Assembly (NCBI GenBank): GCA_963833515.1
Contig: CAWHYN010000024.1
Coordinates: forward strand, 114,759 to 178,758
Direction of reading: 5' to 3'
Origin: an uncultured beta proteobacterium
GTDB taxonomy: Bacteria; Pseudomonadota; Gammaproteobacteria; Burkholderiales; Gallionellaceae
DNA: 64,000 bases
In this document: positions 1 to 10,614 of the stretch, one piece after another
Numbering within the stretch: position 1 is the stretch's first letter
Layout of the letters: every line of letters starts with the position of its first letter
The notes under the pieces: model-generated
The model's database searches: none
Told to the model about the DNA's origin: nothing
The model's input: the letters and a program-made list of their open reading frames with translations, nothing else
Program-made: the position numbers and the translations under genes

Positions 1-1435
1 GTGTAAGCACTTTGTCCGCCAGTAAATCGAGATTCTGTCGGAAGGCATCCCGCCTGGATTGTGGCCCATGAATCACAACCACCTCGAAGCGGTTGCGATC
101 AAGATGTCGAATGAGTCCCTGATAGTGTTTGCCAATCGTATGATCGAACAGAAATTCGGACAGGAACCCAACCCTGATGCGTCGACCTGTTTCATTGGGC
201 GCGCGCCAGCCCTGCACATGAGGTGCGTGTACCGTCAATTGCGGCACGCGTGCACGAAACAATTGGCATAACGCTTCCATTATCGGGCGGTCGTTGGCAT
301 TATGGTAGGCCAGATAAAACGATGTCCCTCCAAGTTTGTCACCGGGTTCATCCAAGGTTCCCGGAATGTTCATCAGCTCCGTAATTCCCCTTTGATAACG
401 GTTACGCCAGTCCGCTATGCTAGCCGAACTCTCTGGGATGATCGGCAATAGCAAATGCGCGTAGATAGCATATTGGAGCTCCTGGGGTTGAAGCTCCTGC
501 GCCTGATGGAAGCTCTTCAGGGCCGCGTCGGTTTGGCCGAGGGTCTGCAGGACGGTGCCGAGGTTGTTGTGCGCCTCGGCGTAATCGGGTTTGAGTTCTA
601 TCGCCTTGCGATAGCTGGTCACTGCCTGGTCGAGTTGACCGAGATCCTTGAGAGCGACACCCACATTGTTGTGCGCTTCGGCAAACCCCGGTCTCAGTTC
701 GAGCACCCGACGGTAGCTTGCCAGCGCGGCGTCGGATCGACCCAATTCTTTGAGGGCGGTGCCCAGGTTGTTGTGCGCATCGGCGAAATCGGGTTTGATC
801 TCTATCGCGCGCCGGTAACTGGCCACCGCATCGTCTAGCTGGCCCAGGTCTTTGAGGGCGTTGCCCAGGTTGTAATACGCCAGGGCGAAGTCGGGCTTGA
901 GTGCCGCGGCGCGACGGTAGCTGGCCACTGCCTCGTCGAGCTGGCCCTGGTCTTTGAGCGCAGTGCCCAGGTTGTTGTGCGCATCGGCGAAATCGGGCTT
1001 GATCTTGATCGCGCGCCGGTAACTGGCCACCGCATCGTCGAGCCGACCCAGGTCCTTGAGGGTGTTGCCGAGATTGCCGTGTGCTTCGGCATAATCGGGC
1101 TTGATCTCGATTGCGCGCCGGTAACTGGCCACGGCATCATCGAGCCGACCCAGCCCCTTCAGGACAACGCCGAGGTTAAAATGCGCTTCGGCATCGTCGG
1201 GCACGAGTTCGGCGACTTTCTGGAACGCGGGCAGCGCTTCCTTGCCCTGCTTCTGCAGTATGCCCCCCAATAGCTTCCAGCCAAAGCCAAAGTCCGGATA
1301 TCGTCCCAGCAATGCGCGCGTGTGGCTCTCCGCTTCCGCATAACGACCTGCGTTATACAGCGCGATCAGTGCGTTCACTTCGGCTGCGGTCGGTTCCGTC
1401 TTCCGTTTCATCGGGTCGTGCTTTCCGGGGTTCAT
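1..1435 (-). CDS. TPR-repeat GT41-like (OGT/SPINDLY-type) glycosyltransferase, 3'-partial (runs off window start)
   Basis: Absent from the ORF track because there is no stop in the window. Manual translation from ATG 1435 gives MNPGKHDP..., a run of 34-aa TPRs (AEAHNNLG..LKDLGQLDDAVASYRRAIEIKPDF), then RIRVGFLSEFLFDHTIGKHY. The frame stays open to position 2. Confidence 0.85.
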   Translation of the reverse strand, partial: MNPGKHDPMKRKTEPTAAEVNALIALYNAGRYAEAESHTRALLGRYPDFGFGWKLLGGILQKQGKEALPAFQKVAELVPDDAEAHFNLGVVLKGLGRLDDAVASYRRAIEIKPDYAEAHGNLGNTLKDLGRLDDAVASYRRAIKIKPDFADAHNNLGTALKDQGQLDEAVASYRRAAALKPDFALAYYNLGNALKDLGQLDDAVASYRRAIEIKPDFADAHNNLGTALKELGRSDAALASYRRVLELRPGFAEAHNNVGVALKDLGQLDQAVTSYRKAIELKPDYAEAHNNLGTVLQTLGQTDAALKSFHQAQELQPQELQYAIYAHLLLPIIPESSASIADWRNRYQRGITELMNIPGTLDEPGDKLGGTSFYLAYHNANDRPIMEALCQLFRARVPQLTVHAPHVQGWRAPNETGRRIRVGFLSEFLFDHTIGKHYQGLIRHLDRNRFEVVVIHGPQSRRDAFRQNLDLLADKVLT

Positions 1436-1450
1436 GCCTATTGATTCGTT

Positions 1451-3342
1451 TCAGTTACGCGAAGCAATCAGAGGCTCGGTACGCGTCTGGGAACTGCCTT
1501 GCGTTCGCGCGTTCCACATGCCCCACAGGGCGTCCTCGAAATTCCGCGCAAAGCGCCGGGCGTCGAACAACGGCGATGCGCTCACCCGCTCGCGCAGCCC
1601 TGCGCGCAACGCTGCCAGTTTGGGCAGCTCGTTGGCCAGCCCCACCGCCCTGTCAATGTAATCCGTCACACCGCTGGCGACCCACTCTTCCAGCCCAGCC
1701 GCCGTGAGCAGACTGGCTCCCTGCCTCGACAGCAGCGTCTCTCCTGCCAACGTCAGCGTCGGCACCCCCATCCATAGTGCTTCGCAGGTGGTGGTCCCTC
1801 CCGGATACGGAAACGTATCCAGTATCACATCCACTTCCGCGTGGGCACCCAGGTAAGCCGCACGGGGCACGGCTCCGTACATCGCCACCCGCGAAGGATC
1901 TATGCCATGCTGTTGCACGCGCAGCGCCAGTTGTTTCGCGACGGCCGGGTCCCCGAGCTGCTTGCACTGCCAGCGCAGCTTCGCATCCGGCAAGCCACCA
2001 AGGACCCTGCCCCATGCCCCCAGCACCTCATCGCCGACCTTGGCCAGGTTCTGGAAGCAGCCGAAGGTGATATGACCGTTTTGCAGTGCGGGCAAAGATG
2101 CCACCGGCAGGTCAACCTCGGGCGCCGTGAAACACAGCCGCGTGTCCGGCAGGTACCACACCGTCTCGCTGAAGTTCTTGCGCTGTGCTTCGGGAACACC
2201 CACTTCGTCCGCCAACAGGTAATCCATTTCCGCGACCCCGGTGGTGGCGAAATACCCCAGCCAGCTCGCCTGCACCGGCGCCGGTTTCCAGGCGAATACC
2301 GGCAGGCGGGTCTTGGCGGTATGGCCGGAGAGATCCAGCAGCACGTGCACGCCGTCGGCGTGGATCAGGCGCGCGGCCGCCTCGTCGTTCAGGCCGTACA
2401 AAGGCTTCCATGCCGCAAAGCGCGGTCTGATCCGGGCGGTCAGGTCATCGGCCCGCAGGTCGGTCGGGTAGGCGATCAGCTCGATGCGCGCAGGATCAAC
2501 CTGCCCCAGCAGGCTTTCCAGAAAATAGCCCACCGGATGATTGTGCAGGTCGCCCGACACCATGCCCACCCGCAGGCGCTGCGGCTGCTCCGCGCACTGC
2601 CACGCGGAGAACCTCGACGTCACCTTCTTGCTCACCCTCCGGCCGTATTCGCGAGCCTGGTCCAGGCAGTATTCCGGGAGGTGGGCGGTATAGTTCAGAG
2701 TGAACAGCAGATTGGTCCGCGCCTCGACGAAATCCGGTTTGATCTCCAGTGCGCGTCGATAACTTTCGGCCGCTTCATCGGATCTCCCGAGGTCCTGCAG
2801 TACAATACCCAGGTTATTGTGCGCCTCGGCAAAATCGGGCTTGATCTCCAGCGCACGGCGATAGCTCGCCACCGCGGCGTCGAGCTGCCCCAGCTCTTTC
2901 AGGGCATGCCCAGGTTGTTGTGCGCCTCGGCAAAATTCGGATTGATCTTCAGTGCTCGGCGACAGCTTGCCACCGCACTTTCAAATTGCCCGCGTTCCCG
3001 AAGGGTATTGGCAAGGTTGTTATGCGCAGTGGCATCATCAGGCAAAAGTTCCGCCGTCTTTTGCAAGGCAGGCAGCGCATCCTTGCCTTGCATCTGCAGC
3101 GACAAGCCCAGTCCCATCCAGACAAACCCCGAATTGGGATAGTGCTTCAGCAGCAATAGCGCCCTGCTTTCCAGTTCCGCGTAGCGGCCAGCGTTGAACA
3201 GCGCGATAAGCTGGTTCAACTCATCGGGTGACGGACCACGAAAGCGCGAGTCAGCGGAGCGGGATTCGACCTTCCCCTCGCAACAGTGCTTGTATTTCTT
3301 CCCGCTTCCGCAACTGCACGGTTCGTTTCTTCCCGGCTTCAT
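1451..3342 (-). pseudogene. SEC-C + TPR + GT41 glycosyltransferase, short paralog split by a 1-bp deletion near 2907
   Basis: ORFs 2899..3342 and 1451..2872 join if one base is restored: cagggcatgccc here versus cagggcaatgccc in the intact paralog at about 5711-5723. The restored length is 630 aa. Confidence 0.85.
1499..2698. repeat. Near-identical 1.2-kb direct repeat of 3596..4795 (GT41 catalytic domain)
   Basis: Offset 2097. Only two mismatches noticed by eye (1712/3809 and 2426/4523), both synonymous. Shadow ORFs recur at the same offset. Confidence 0.95.
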
Positions 3343-3356
3343 GCTCTCGTTCCTGT
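2849..3356. repeat. Near-identical 0.5-kb direct repeat of 5660..6168 (RBS, SEC-C, first TPRs)
   Basis: Identical by eye except the 1-bp deletion near 2907. Identity ends 14 nt upstream of both ATGs. Confidence 0.95.
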
Positions 3357-3547
3357 ATCAATCATCAATTCATATTTTAGCAGCATCGAATTTCTAAGGC
3401 GGCTTAGTGGCGACTTGGGTTTTGTTGCTGATCTGGCAGCAATGGTGACTCAACGCGTTTTCACAGGAATCGTATGATCAGTGCCAAGGAAGAAGGATAC
3501 TCCTGCACTTCGAATGCCGGATACACGATCAAGCTGGTTTGTGGGAA

Positions 3548-6154
3548 TCAATCACGCGCGGTCGCCAGCAGATCGCAAACGTCTGTCAAATTGCGTTGCG
3601 TTCGCGCGTTCCACATGCCCCACAGGGCGTCCTCGAAATTCCGCGCAAAGCGCCGGGCGTCGAACAACGGCGATGCGCTCACCCGCTCGCGCAGCCCTGC
3701 GCGCAACGCTGCCAGTTTGGGCAGCTCGTTGGCCAGCCCCACCGCCCTGTCAATGTAATCCGTCACACCGCTGGCGACCCACTCTTCCAGCCCAGCCGCC
3801 GTGAGCAGGCTGGCTCCCTGCCTCGACAGCAGCGTCTCTCCTGCCAACGTCAGCGTCGGCACCCCCATCCATAGTGCTTCGCAGGTGGTGGTCCCTCCCG
3901 GATACGGAAACGTATCCAGTATCACATCCACTTCCGCGTGGGCACCCAGGTAAGCCGCACGGGGCACGGCTCCGTACATCGCCACCCGCGAAGGATCTAT
4001 GCCATGCTGTTGCACGCGCAGCGCCAGTTGTTTCGCGACGGCCGGGTCCCCGAGCTGCTTGCACTGCCAGCGCAGCTTCGCATCCGGCAAGCCACCAAGG
4101 ACCCTGCCCCATGCCCCCAGCACCTCATCGCCGACCTTGGCCAGGTTCTGGAAGCAGCCGAAGGTGATATGACCGTTTTGCAGTGCGGGCAAAGATGCCA
4201 CCGGCAGGTCAACCTCGGGCGCCGTGAAACACAGCCGCGTGTCCGGCAGGTACCACACCGTCTCGCTGAAGTTCTTGCGCTGTGCTTCGGGAACACCCAC
4301 TTCGTCCGCCAACAGGTAATCCATTTCCGCGACCCCGGTGGTGGCGAAATACCCCAGCCAGCTCGCCTGCACCGGCGCCGGTTTCCAGGCGAATACCGGC
4401 AGGCGGGTCTTGGCGGTATGGCCGGAGAGATCCAGCAGCACGTGCACGCCGTCGGCGTGGATCAGGCGCGCGGCCGCCTCGTCGTTCAGGCCGTACAAAG
4501 GCTTCCATGCCGCAAAGCGCGGCCTGATCCGGGCGGTCAGGTCATCGGCCCGCAGGTCGGTCGGGTAGGCGATCAGCTCGATGCGCGCAGGATCAACCTG
4601 CCCCAGCAGGCTTTCCAGAAAATAGCCCACCGGATGATTGTGCAGGTCGCCCGACACCATGCCCACCCGCAGGCGCTGCGGCTGCTCCGCGCACTGCCAC
4701 GCGGAGAACCTCGACGTCACCTTCTTGCTCACCCTCCGGCCGTATTCGCGAGCCTGGTCCAGGCAGTATTCCGGGAGGTGGGCGGTATAGTTCAGGTTGA
4801 ACAACAAATTGCCATGCGCCTCGACGAAATCCGGTTTGATCTCCAGTGCGCGACGGAAGCTTCCCTCAGCGGCTCCAGACTGTCCAAGATCATTCAGAAT
4901 ATTGCCCAAATTGCTATGCGCCTCGGCATAATCCGGTTTGATCTCCAGCGCGCGGCGGTAGCACCCCATGGCAGCGTCAGGTTGCCCCAGATCGCGGAGA
5001 GCAATGCCCAGGTTGTTGTGCGCCTCGGCAGAATCGGGCCTGATCTGCAGCGCGCAACGGTAGCTCGCCACCGCAGCGTCGGGTTGCCCAAGCTCTTCGA
5101 GGGCAATGCCCAGGTTATTGTGCGCGTCGGCGAAATCAGGTTTGATCTCAATCGCGCGGCGATAACTGGTCACTGCATCCTCGAGCTGGCCCAATTCTTT
5201 CTGGACGATGCCCAGGTTGTAATGTGCCAGAGCGAAATCTGCCTTGATTGCCACAGCATGGCGGTAGCTGGCTTCGGCATCATTGAGTCGGTCAAGGCCT
5301 TTGAAGGCGTTGCCAAGATTGTTATGCGCCTCTGCATAATCGGGCTTGATCTGCAATGCCATGCGGTAACTGGCTACCGCAGCATCGATCTGACCGCGTG
5401 CTAGCAGGGCAAGGCCCAGGTTATTGTGCGCCTCCGCAAAATCGGGTTTGATCTTCAGTGCACGAAGGTAGCTGGTCACAGCATCGTCGTATCGACCGAG
5501 TTCGTTAAGAGCGTTACCTAGGTTGGCGTGCGCATCAGCAAAATCAGGCCGTAGTTCCAATGCGCGATGGCAACTGGCCACCGCATCGTCTAACTGCCCT
5601 AGCTCTTTCAGAACATAACCGAGATTGCTATGTGCCTCTGCCAAATCGGGCTTGAGCTGCAGCGCACGGCGATAGCTCGCCACCGCGGCGTCGAGCTGCC
5701 CCAGCTCTTTCAGGGCAATGCCCAGGTTGTTGTGCGCCTCGGCAAAATTCGGATTGATCTTCAGTGCTCGGCGACAGCTTGCCACCGCACTTTCAAATTG
5801 CCCGCGTTCCCGAAGGGTATTGGCAAGGTTGTTATGCGCAGTGGCATCATCAGGCAAAAGTTCCGCCGTCTTTTGCAAGGCAGGCAGCGCATCCTTGCCT
5901 TGCATCTGCAGCGACAAGCCCAGTCCCATCCAGACAAACCCCGAATTGGGATAGTGCTTCAGCAGCAATAGCGCCCTGCTTTCCAGTTCCGCGTAGCGGC
6001 CAGCGTTGAACAGCGCGATAAGCTGGTTCAACTCATCGGGTGACGGACCACGAAAGCGCGAGTCAGCGGAGCGGGATTCGACCTTCCCCTCGCAACAGTG
6101 CTTGTATTTCTTCCCGCTTCCGCAACTGCACGGTTCGTTTCTTCCCGGCTTCAT
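3548..6154 (-). CDS. SEC-C motif + TPR array + GT41 (OGT/SPINDLY-like) glycosyltransferase, 868 aa
   Basis: N-terminal PGRNEPCSCGSGKKYKHCC (SEC-C), 10 canonical 34-aa TPRs, then LRVGMVSGDLHNHPVGYF, DLSGHT, SWLGY, LDTFPYPGGTTTCEALWMGVP. Confidence 0.92.
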   Translation of the reverse strand: MKPGRNEPCSCGSGKKYKHCCEGKVESRSADSRFRGPSPDELNQLIALFNAGRYAELESRALLLLKHYPNSGFVWMGLGLSLQMQGKDALPALQKTAELLPDDATAHNNLANTLRERGQFESAVASCRRALKINPNFAEAHNNLGIALKELGQLDAAVASYRRALQLKPDLAEAHSNLGYVLKELGQLDDAVASCHRALELRPDFADAHANLGNALNELGRYDDAVTSYLRALKIKPDFAEAHNNLGLALLARGQIDAAVASYRMALQIKPDYAEAHNNLGNAFKGLDRLNDAEASYRHAVAIKADFALAHYNLGIVQKELGQLEDAVTSYRRAIEIKPDFADAHNNLGIALEELGQPDAAVASYRCALQIRPDSAEAHNNLGIALRDLGQPDAAMGCYRRALEIKPDYAEAHSNLGNILNDLGQSGAAEGSFRRALEIKPDFVEAHGNLLFNLNYTAHLPEYCLDQAREYGRRVSKKVTSRFSAWQCAEQPQRLRVGMVSGDLHNHPVGYFLESLLGQVDPARIELIAYPTDLRADDLTARIRPRFAAWKPLYGLNDEAAARLIHADGVHVLLDLSGHTAKTRLPVFAWKPAPVQASWLGYFATTGVAEMDYLLADEVGVPEAQRKNFSETVWYLPDTRLCFTAPEVDLPVASLPALQNGHITFGCFQNLAKVGDEVLGAWGRVLGGLPDAKLRWQCKQLGDPAVAKQLALRVQQHGIDPSRVAMYGAVPRAAYLGAHAEVDVILDTFPYPGGTTTCEALWMGVPTLTLAGETLLSRQGASLLTAAGLEEWVASGVTDYIDRAVGLANELPKLAALRAGLRERVSASPLFDARRFARNFEDALWGMWNARTQRNLTDVCDLLATARD

Positions 6155-6267
6155 GCTCTCGTTCCTGTTCTAGTAAGCGCGCAGTGTTCCAGCATTTCAA
6201 GTTACGGTCAATCAAGGATGACAGGCCAGAAGACCTGCCGAATGAAATCCTGTGCAAGCACCAGTTA

Positions 6268-6498
6268 TCAGTGAATCTGGGCCGTCAACCGCTGTACCAA
6301 TCTGCGCACACGCGGCGCAATGAAGAACACGGCGGGAAAGGCAATCGGCCACGCGATGGTGAAGCTGGATATCCAGCCAGAAATGAAATTTTCAAGGCCG
6401 CTATTGATCGCAGTCAGAGCCCCAGACATGATGAAAGCCATGCTCAACGACATGAACAGTGAGAACAATAGATTGGAGTGCCTAGGATGGATGCGCAT
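6268..6498 (-). CDS. DUF2798-like small membrane protein (start uncertain, ORF extends to 6546)
   Basis: LFSLFMSLSMAFIMSG...WISSFTIAWPIAFPAVFFIAPRVRRLV pattern. Confidence 0.75.
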   Translation of the reverse strand: MRIHPRHSNLLFSLFMSLSMAFIMSGALTAINSGLENFISGWISSFTIAWPIAFPAVFFIAPRVRRLVQRLTAQIH

Positions 6499-6973
6499 AT
6501 ATCGACTTAGGAAATTTCGGCCCATGCTGCCCTCATGGGTGAACACAACAAGATTACCTTGTATCAGCAGCGGGACACAGTTCTTTATAAAAGGGGTTTA
6601 AAGCATGCTCAACACGCGGTTGATGAACCCGATTCTCTGCATTGACAAAATCCGCTTTCGCCATGTTCCTTTCAAAAAGCAATCGCGCTTATTGCACTCG
6701 TACTCTAGCAGATAAGCAAGCAGATATCGCAAGAATTGTTTTGCCCAAGTCCACATCAAGGTAATGAGATTTCAGTTGCGCGCTCTTTGCGGTAAGCTAC
6801 ACGCCTTTGATAATTCAATTCCCAGTTTATTTCGAAGGTCAAGCAGAGCAATCACTACGGAACGGCGCGGACAGTATGCCAAGCACCTCCGGGATCAGGT
6901 CACGAATCTAGCGCCGTTTCATGATGAAGTGGGATTGCGTACATCTATCTATCAACTCTGAAGGTAAAATCTA

Positions 6974-8638
6974 ATGGCCCAATATGTAATGTCGATGCTC
7001 CGCGTGAGCAAGATCGTTCCCCCCAAGCGCCAGATCATCAAGGACATCTCCCTCAGCTTCTTTCCAGGCGCCAAAATCGGCCTACTCGGCCTAAACGGCT
7101 CGGGCAAGTCCACCGTGCTGCGCATCATGGCCGGTGCTGACAAGGAATATGATGGCGAGGTGCAACACCAGCCCAATATCAACATCGGCTATTTGCCGCA
7201 GGAACCTCAACTGAACCCCGAGCATACCGTGCGCCAGGCCGTGGAGGAAGGTCTGGGCGAAGTGTTCTCCGCCCAGAAAAAACTCGATGAGGTATATGCG
7301 GCGTATGCCGAGCCGGATGCGGACTTCGATGCACTAGCCGCCGAGCAGGCGCGTCTGGAAGCGGTCATTGCCGCCTCTGGCTCTGACGCCGAACACCAAC
7401 TGGAGATTGCTGCCGATGCGTTGCGCCTGCCCCAGTGGGATGCGGTGATCAAAAATCTTTCCGGCGGCGAAAAGCGCCGCGTCGCTCTATGCAAGCTCCT
7501 GCTGGAAAAGCCAGATATGCTACTACTTGACGAGCCGACCAACCACCTCGACGCCGAATCCGTGGAATGGCTAGAACAATTCCTGGTGCGCTTCCCAGGG
7601 ACTGTAGTAGCTGTCACGCACGATCGCTACTTTCTTGACAACGCCGCCGAATGGATATTGGAACTGGACCGTGGACACGGCATCCCTTGGAAGGGCAACT
7701 ATTCCAGCTGGCTGGAACAAAAGGAGGCACGCCTTGAGCAGGAGAACAAGCAAGTCGATGCTCACATGAAGGCGATGAAGCAGGAACTCGAGTGGGTACG
7801 GCAGAATCCGAAGGGACGCCAGGCCAAATCTAAAGCGCGTATTGCTCGATTCGAAGAGCTCAATTCGCAGGAACACCAAAAGCGCAATGAGACACAGGAA
7901 ATCTTCATCCCCGTCGGCGAACGGCTCGGCAACGAGGTAATCGAATTCAACAACGTTTCCAAGTCGTATGGCGACCGCCTGCTGATCGACAATCTCAGCT
8001 TCAAGGTGCCGCCCGGCGCGATCGTCGGTATCATCGGCCCGAACGGCGCAGGCAAGTCGACGCTATTCAAATTAATCAGTGGCAAGGAGAAACCCGATTC
8101 TGGCGAAGTGAAGATCGGCTCCACCGTCAAGATCGCACACGTAGACCAGGCACGCGACTCGCTGGAGAACGACAAGACCGTATTCGACGCAATCTCGGGC
8201 GGCAACGATATTCTCACAGTCGGAAAATACGAGACCCCGGCGCGCGCATACTTGGGCCGCTTCAACTTCAAGGGCGGCGACCAGGCGAAGATCGTCGGCC
8301 AGCTCTCCGGTGGCGAACGCGGACGCCTGCATCTGGCCAAGACGCTTATCTCCGGAGGAAATGTATTATTGCTCGATGAGCCCTCCAATGATCTAGATGT
8401 GGAAACCCTGCGGGCACTGGAAGATGCGTTGCTTGAGTTTGCCGGCTGCGTGCTGGTAATCTCGCATGACCGCTGGTTTCTTGACCGCATCGCCACCCAC
8501 ATCCTCGCGGCGGAGGGCGATTCGCATTGGGCATTCTTTGACGGCAACTATCAGGAATACGAAGCCGACAAAAGGAAGCGTTTGGGTGAAGAAGGCGCAA
8601 AGCCGAAGCGAATTCGATTTAAGCCGATCAGCCGGTAG
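6974..8638 (+). CDS. ettA: Energy-dependent translational throttle protein EttA (ABC-F)
   Basis: MAQYVMSMLRVSKIVPPKRQIIKDISLSFFPGAKIG start; two Walker A motifs (GLNGSGKS, GPNGAGKS); two LSGGE signatures; 554 aa. Confidence 0.97.
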   Translation: MAQYVMSMLRVSKIVPPKRQIIKDISLSFFPGAKIGLLGLNGSGKSTVLRIMAGADKEYDGEVQHQPNINIGYLPQEPQLNPEHTVRQAVEEGLGEVFSAQKKLDEVYAAYAEPDADFDALAAEQARLEAVIAASGSDAEHQLEIAADALRLPQWDAVIKNLSGGEKRRVALCKLLLEKPDMLLLDEPTNHLDAESVEWLEQFLVRFPGTVVAVTHDRYFLDNAAEWILELDRGHGIPWKGNYSSWLEQKEARLEQENKQVDAHMKAMKQELEWVRQNPKGRQAKSKARIARFEELNSQEHQKRNETQEIFIPVGERLGNEVIEFNNVSKSYGDRLLIDNLSFKVPPGAIVGIIGPNGAGKSTLFKLISGKEKPDSGEVKIGSTVKIAHVDQARDSLENDKTVFDAISGGNDILTVGKYETPARAYLGRFNFKGGDQAKIVGQLSGGERGRLHLAKTLISGGNVLLLDEPSNDLDVETLRALEDALLEFAGCVLVISHDRWFLDRIATHILAAEGDSHWAFFDGNYQEYEADKRKRLGEEGAKPKRIRFKPISR

Positions 8639-8778
8639 CACAGATGGTGTCGTTCGAATGACGCAAGAAGTTCAGTCTCAGCTCAACAATCTGCGCATCG
8701 CTTCCATCGTTCTCCTGATGCCACAGTATCGACTATTGTTCCATCGAGCGCATAAAGTTTTTTGAGTGCTGATCAGCG

Positions 8779-9674
8779 ATGTCAGTCGCGCAGGCCATCA
8801 TCCCGATCTTTTTGCTGACTTTCTTGGGGTCGCCATGCGCCGCTGGTTTGTTCTGCGCGAGGATTTTTGGCCGCAGATGGATCGATTCACATACTACGTG
8901 CTCTTCCCTGCCCTGCTATTCAACAGTCTCTCGCATTTCGAGGTCGACCTGCGGGCTACGAGCCCAATGCCGGTCGCATCCGCGCTGTTTATGTCTGCCG
9001 ATATCGCTTTGGGCTATGCCGTGAAATACCTGTCCCATGCCCCGCCAAAGTGTTCGTGGCAACTTTCCAATCGTCATTTCGCTTCAACAGCTGTGTTGGC
9101 CTCGCCATTGCCTGCGGGATGTATGGCCAGGATGGACCTGCCGCCATCGGTTTGCTGATGGGGTCTATGGAATCTGTCGTCAATGTTGCTTCAGTACTGG
9201 CACTGTCACGCCACAGTGAGAGTCACTGGCTCAAGGAGATCTTGCTCAACCCTCTGATCATCGCCACTGCGTCTGGGATCACGTTCAGCCTTGCCGATCT
9301 TTCATTACCGGCACTGCTCAGTTCCACGCTGGATTTGTTGTCGCAAGCATTGCTTCCAACGGGATTGATCGCCGTCGGCGCCGGGCTTCGCCTGCAAGGC
9401 ACGCGCAGCCATCCGGGCACGCTGTGATATGGTGTGGCGTTAAAGTTACTGGCATTTGTTTGCCATCGCATGGAGTCTGGCCTTGGCGTTCGGGCTCGGC
9501 GGAGTGTATTTCAAGATCGCCGTATTGCTGGCGGCGTTGCCGGTCTACACGGTGGCTTATGTGCTGGCGAAGGGAATGGGCTGTGACGGAGATACAATCG
9601 CCGCGCAAGTAATGCTAAGTACGCTGCTCTCCGCGATGGCCTTGCCACTGTGGCTGCTGCTGGTGGAACTGTGA
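8779..9674 (+). pseudogene. AEC (auxin efflux carrier) family transporter pseudogene
   Basis: Consecutive AEC-like segments lie in different frames (IIPIFLL / YYVLFPALLF / FQSSFRFNS, LLNPLIIA / AALP..AYVLA, LSTLLS). About 3 frameshifts (near 8830, 9045, 9458) and an in-frame TGA at 9425-9427. Confidence 0.85.
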
Positions 9675-9934
9675 TCCGATCATGGAATCAAACAAGTCAT
9701 CCTGTGGCAGTTACGTGACCGTCAAGGACACATTGGCTTCCTCATACGCCCTTTGACACCATCAAAATCTATTCGCTGCGCTTAGGTGCAAGAATTATGG
9801 CTGGAGCACTTGCCCGCAAAGACTGGAGAAGATGGGTACTTGCCGCCGCGACGTCTGGAAGAACATACGGGACGCGCATCACTCGGATTGTCAAACGAAC
9901 CAGACGCCGCTGCCTCCACGCAAGCTAAGACCAG

Positions 9935-10456
9935 TCAGATGGCTTTCAATGCAGCCAGTGCCGCGTCGTAATTCGGTTCGTTCTTGATATCGTTAACCAG
10001 CTCCGTGTAGCGCACGACATTGTCGCTATCCAGCACGATCACGGCACGCGCTGTGAGTCCGGCCAATACTCCATCCGCGATCTTGACGCCATAGTCGCGC
10101 ATGAACTCGCTGCCTCGCATCGTGGAAAGATTGACCACATTGTCCAATCCTTCGCTGCTGCAGAAGCGGGCCATCGCGAAGGGCAGGTCAGCGGAGATGT
10201 TTATCACGACCGTGTTGTTCAGATGGGATGCTTCCTTGTTGAAGCGACGCGCAGAAGCCTGACAGGTAGGCGTATCCAGGCTGGGAACTATGTTGAGCAC
10301 CTTGCGTTTGCCGGAAAATGCAGCCAGCGTGACATCTTGCAAGTCCTTATTGACCAGCGAGAAACCCGGCGCCATTCGACCTACCTGCGGGAATTCGCCA
10401 TACAGTTTTATGGGTGTGCCACCCAGTGCGGTGGTCGGGTTAGGTTGTTTGGTCAT
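9935..10456 (-). CDS. tpx: Thiol peroxidase (atypical 2-Cys peroxiredoxin)
   Basis: [36 protein letters not shown]; RBS AAGGAG before ATG 10456. Confidence 0.95.
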   Translation of the reverse strand: MTKQPNPTTALGGTPIKLYGEFPQVGRMAPGFSLVNKDLQDVTLAAFSGKRKVLNIVPSLDTPTCQASARRFNKEASHLNNTVVINISADLPFAMARFCSSEGLDNVVNLSTMRGSEFMRDYGVKIADGVLAGLTARAVIVLDSDNVVRYTELVNDIKNEPNYDAALAALKAI

Positions 10457-10614
10457 GGTGTTCTCCTTTGCTAAAGTGAATATTGCAGTGTCTTCGATTG
10501 ACGAAGTCTGCGCGTTGATCAAGATGTCCAGCTCAAAACATTTCCGGGGTGATGATGATACTCCAGCCGCTGCACCATGCTACAAACATGGTTATAGTAT
10601 TCGCATTGTTCCTC

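Noticed and set aside
455-5971. Long plus-strand ORFs such as 1841..3142 and 3938..5404
   Set aside because: Antisense shadows of the GC-rich TPR/GT41 genes; their repeats mirror the TPR periodicity.
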